A stretch of 38,041 bases of DNA from the NCBI GenBank assembly GCA_032718475.1, contig JAUCBJ010008387.1, positions 1 through 38,041 on the forward strand, given 5' to 3'. The notes under the pieces were generated by a model that saw nothing but the letters and a program-made list of their open reading frames with translations, made no database searches and had not been told where the DNA came from. Numbering within the stretch: position 1 is the first letter of the stretch; each line of letters starts with the position of its first letter. Positions 35,570 to 38,041 of the stretch are shown one piece after another. Made by a program: the position numbers and the translations under genes. Source of the stretch: Nemertoderma westbladi. Taxonomy: Eukaryota; Animalia; Xenacoelomorpha.

Positions 35570-37771
35570 TCGTAGTAAGACAATAATTTGCTCTTCTGTA
35601 TACCCCGAGTCCTCCATAACGTCTGGATTCTCCTTCAAAGTGGCCGATATCACATCAGTCGCTAAACTAAAATCCACCGAAGGATACATATCCCTCACGT
35701 CCAGTGCCAAAAACGTCACCTGCTCGTGTGGTTCGACCGGTAAGCTTCTCCTCGCTGCGGCGGAATCCGGAATGTAGTGCGGCATCCTCTCCAAAATCGG
35801 TTGGATAATTGAATTCAGAAACTGAGCGGCGCGCTCGGACACTGTTCCTGTTGCTGAAATGATCAGTCTCGCTTTCGGTACGAGCATCCCTCCTCCCCAA
35901 TCTATCCACTCAGAGCGTTCTTTGTGATCCTTAAATAGCGTGAAGACATAGCCCATCGCGGGACGCTTAGGCACTATATAATCTTGTAGCTCCTTATCGC
36001 CGATGTTGTTGACCTTTAAAAGTCGTTTCAGCTCCGCAGAAAACTTATTTGTCGGGTCGAAAAGTAACTTCTCATACGTTGAATTATCCTCCAGTGCTCG
36101 ACTAATTTCCCGTCTCCTAATATCTTCGTCCAGAATGATTACATTGCCCGTCTTGTCCCCTCGGACTACCGCTAGAGTTGAGTCCCGTTTCAACTTCTTC
36201 AGTTCCCCGCGTTGATTTGCTGTCAAATTCGGCTTACGTTTCGGTTCGGAAGCGTCCCGATCCGCAACGTTATGTAATTCCGCGATGAAGCGTTCTACAT
36301 CATCGTTCTGACATGCTCCTGTCACATACCGACACTTATACGGTACAGCGTACGGTCTAAAGTTCAAACGCGGTAGGTCCGCATGCGGATGAGTCGTCCG
36401 CTCCAGGAACGGCATAGATCTCGCCTCCGGAACTCGCCGTCGATCCACCTCGTATCTCCGTCCGATCTCCGGAACCCTTCGTGGGGTGGAGTTCCCTCGA
36501 TTCCCCTCCTCCCCGCTTCGATCCGAATCCCGTTCGTAGGAGCTCGCACACGTTAGGTTATCTTCCGCCAACGACTCTGTCCCACCCCCAAACAGGTTCC
36601 TAGCTACACTAGGTCTATTAGGGGTCCGTTCGGACTCAATCGGCGTCGAGGTTGCCAGCCCCCTCCCCAGATCGCTCTCGTGGGTTGGTTCTACCCCCGA
36701 AAAACCGCTGGATATGCCATCCCCCGGGTATGGCCACCGAGGGCCATTAAACTCCGGGGTTGCATGAACGCCATGAAAAGAGATTGTATCGCCGTCCTGT
36801 GTTCCACTCGCTCTAACACCAACATCCTCGCCCCTTCCTGGTTCCACAAACGGTATCGTATCCTCGTTCCTCTGAACTCTCTTCACATGGTTTCGGATCC
36901 GCGAACCCAGTCTCGAGATGGCAGTGTGCGTGTCCATCAATTCCCTTACCCCTCCGGCCAGGGGAGTTGGGATAAATCCAAACCCCAGGGCCAGGACTTC
37001 TTTCTGCGCGTCACTAACTTCCCTCGACGAGAGATTCAGAACTCTGTCCCCCGCTGGTTTCCGCCCCTTAACCAGGCCACCAGCCCCCGCCTCGCGGTCA
37101 GATGGACCCCTGTCAGAGGGTTTCTGTACCGTGCCCAACCGATCTAGCATCGCCCATACCGGTAGCCCTCCCACCCCTCCTGGTCGTAAAGTCATCGACT
37201 TTAAACCCCCAAGTTTCTTCGCGTGGATTCGAGATCGCTCGCGCGATTCAAACTCCGCTATCCGGTCTATCCAGTTCATTACATATCTAAAAACTCCCAA
37301 CCAATCCCGCCCCCCCACGTTATTCCTATCGTTGTTCTGAACGCAACGTAGGACTCGATTAAATGTGACACCCCACAGGCTCCTCGTCCATCGTAGCCTA
37401 CCATATAAACAACCTATATCCCTAGTAAGAGCTCCCGTAACGAAAGTTTTCGCTAAATCCCAGTGCGCCCTAGAGCCGGTGGAATAAATACCCATCAGGT
37501 ACTTAGGTACAAGTTTCTCCGATTTACAGGTCCGAAGGAACTTTATCATAAGAGGTATCCTAATTAATTTCTGTTTAAGTCGGAATAGGTTGCGGATGTC
37601 GTAAGTTGCCCCGTCACTTAATCTAAACGTTAAAATGGAACGACATGCCGTCTTAAGGGGATTTTGGAACATTATGATTTTATGAGTTAAACGCTGGGGA
37701 CTCCCCTTGTGAACTAAACAGTGGTTTACTTTCTTAATCCGATCGATTTCCAGCTCTAGGCTCTTTATCAA
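35570..37771 (-). mobile_element. Penelope-like element ORF (N-terminus to mid-RT), interrupted by the Bel/Pao insertion
   Basis: IKFLRTCK...LVPKYL, VLNLSSREVSDAQKEVLALGFGFIPTP, NLTANQRGELKKLK.D....VRGDKTG.VIILD, TYEKL..DPT, KDHK, PKARLIIS, ALDVRDMYPSVD; the last ~19 aa of the listed ORF are read-through into the LTR. Confidence 0.9.
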
Positions 37772-38041
37772 GGTAGTTCAGTAGTTTTAAATATAAATCA
37801 ACAATACTTAATATTTGGAGCGTACATACATAGGTGCCGGTATTAGTTATTTACATAGATTTACATAGGTAGAGCAGTACACCTAAAATGTAGAAAATTT
37901 ACCAAAATTACAGAAATATTAACATATAGCATAATCACTGTACCAAAGATCGATTTGTATTTCACCACCAATCAGACAATAGAGAACCGAAATATAAAAA
38001 ATACATAACTGATACCCCAAACCCACCCCCCCCCCCCCCCC

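Noticed and set aside
37940-37985. Hammerhead ribozyme upstream of the Penelope ORF (minus-strand CTGATTGGTGGTGAAA)
   Set aside because: Core deviates from CUGANGA and I could not build convincing stems; an Infernal search would settle it.

Overview
AT-rich eukaryotic (invertebrate-like) genomic DNA made almost entirely of nested and decayed transposable elements; I see no intact host gene. Clearest elements: a full-length Bel/Pao LTR retrotransposon (27015-35569; ~340-bp LTRs, TCGTA TSD) that carries a hAT MITE and is itself inserted in a Penelope-like RT ORF; two piggyBac elements (one with an intron-split transposase and a 153-bp tandem array); Kolobok-type, Transib and hAT transposase remnants; a Ty3/Gypsy LTR-gag fragment fused in frame to an RTE LINE tail; two copies of a tRNA-derived SINE; a Helentron-associated (HINE/DINE-like) element; and several minisatellites. 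The most unusual item is a decayed, intron-containing minus-strand gene at ~21586-24023. It reassembles as C2H2 zinc finger + low-complexity linker + tyrosine recombinase + Pro/Thr repeat, with no RT, LTRs or TIRs, and may belong to an unclassified animal tyrosine-recombinase element. All family calls come from motifs recognised by eye; no database searches were run.
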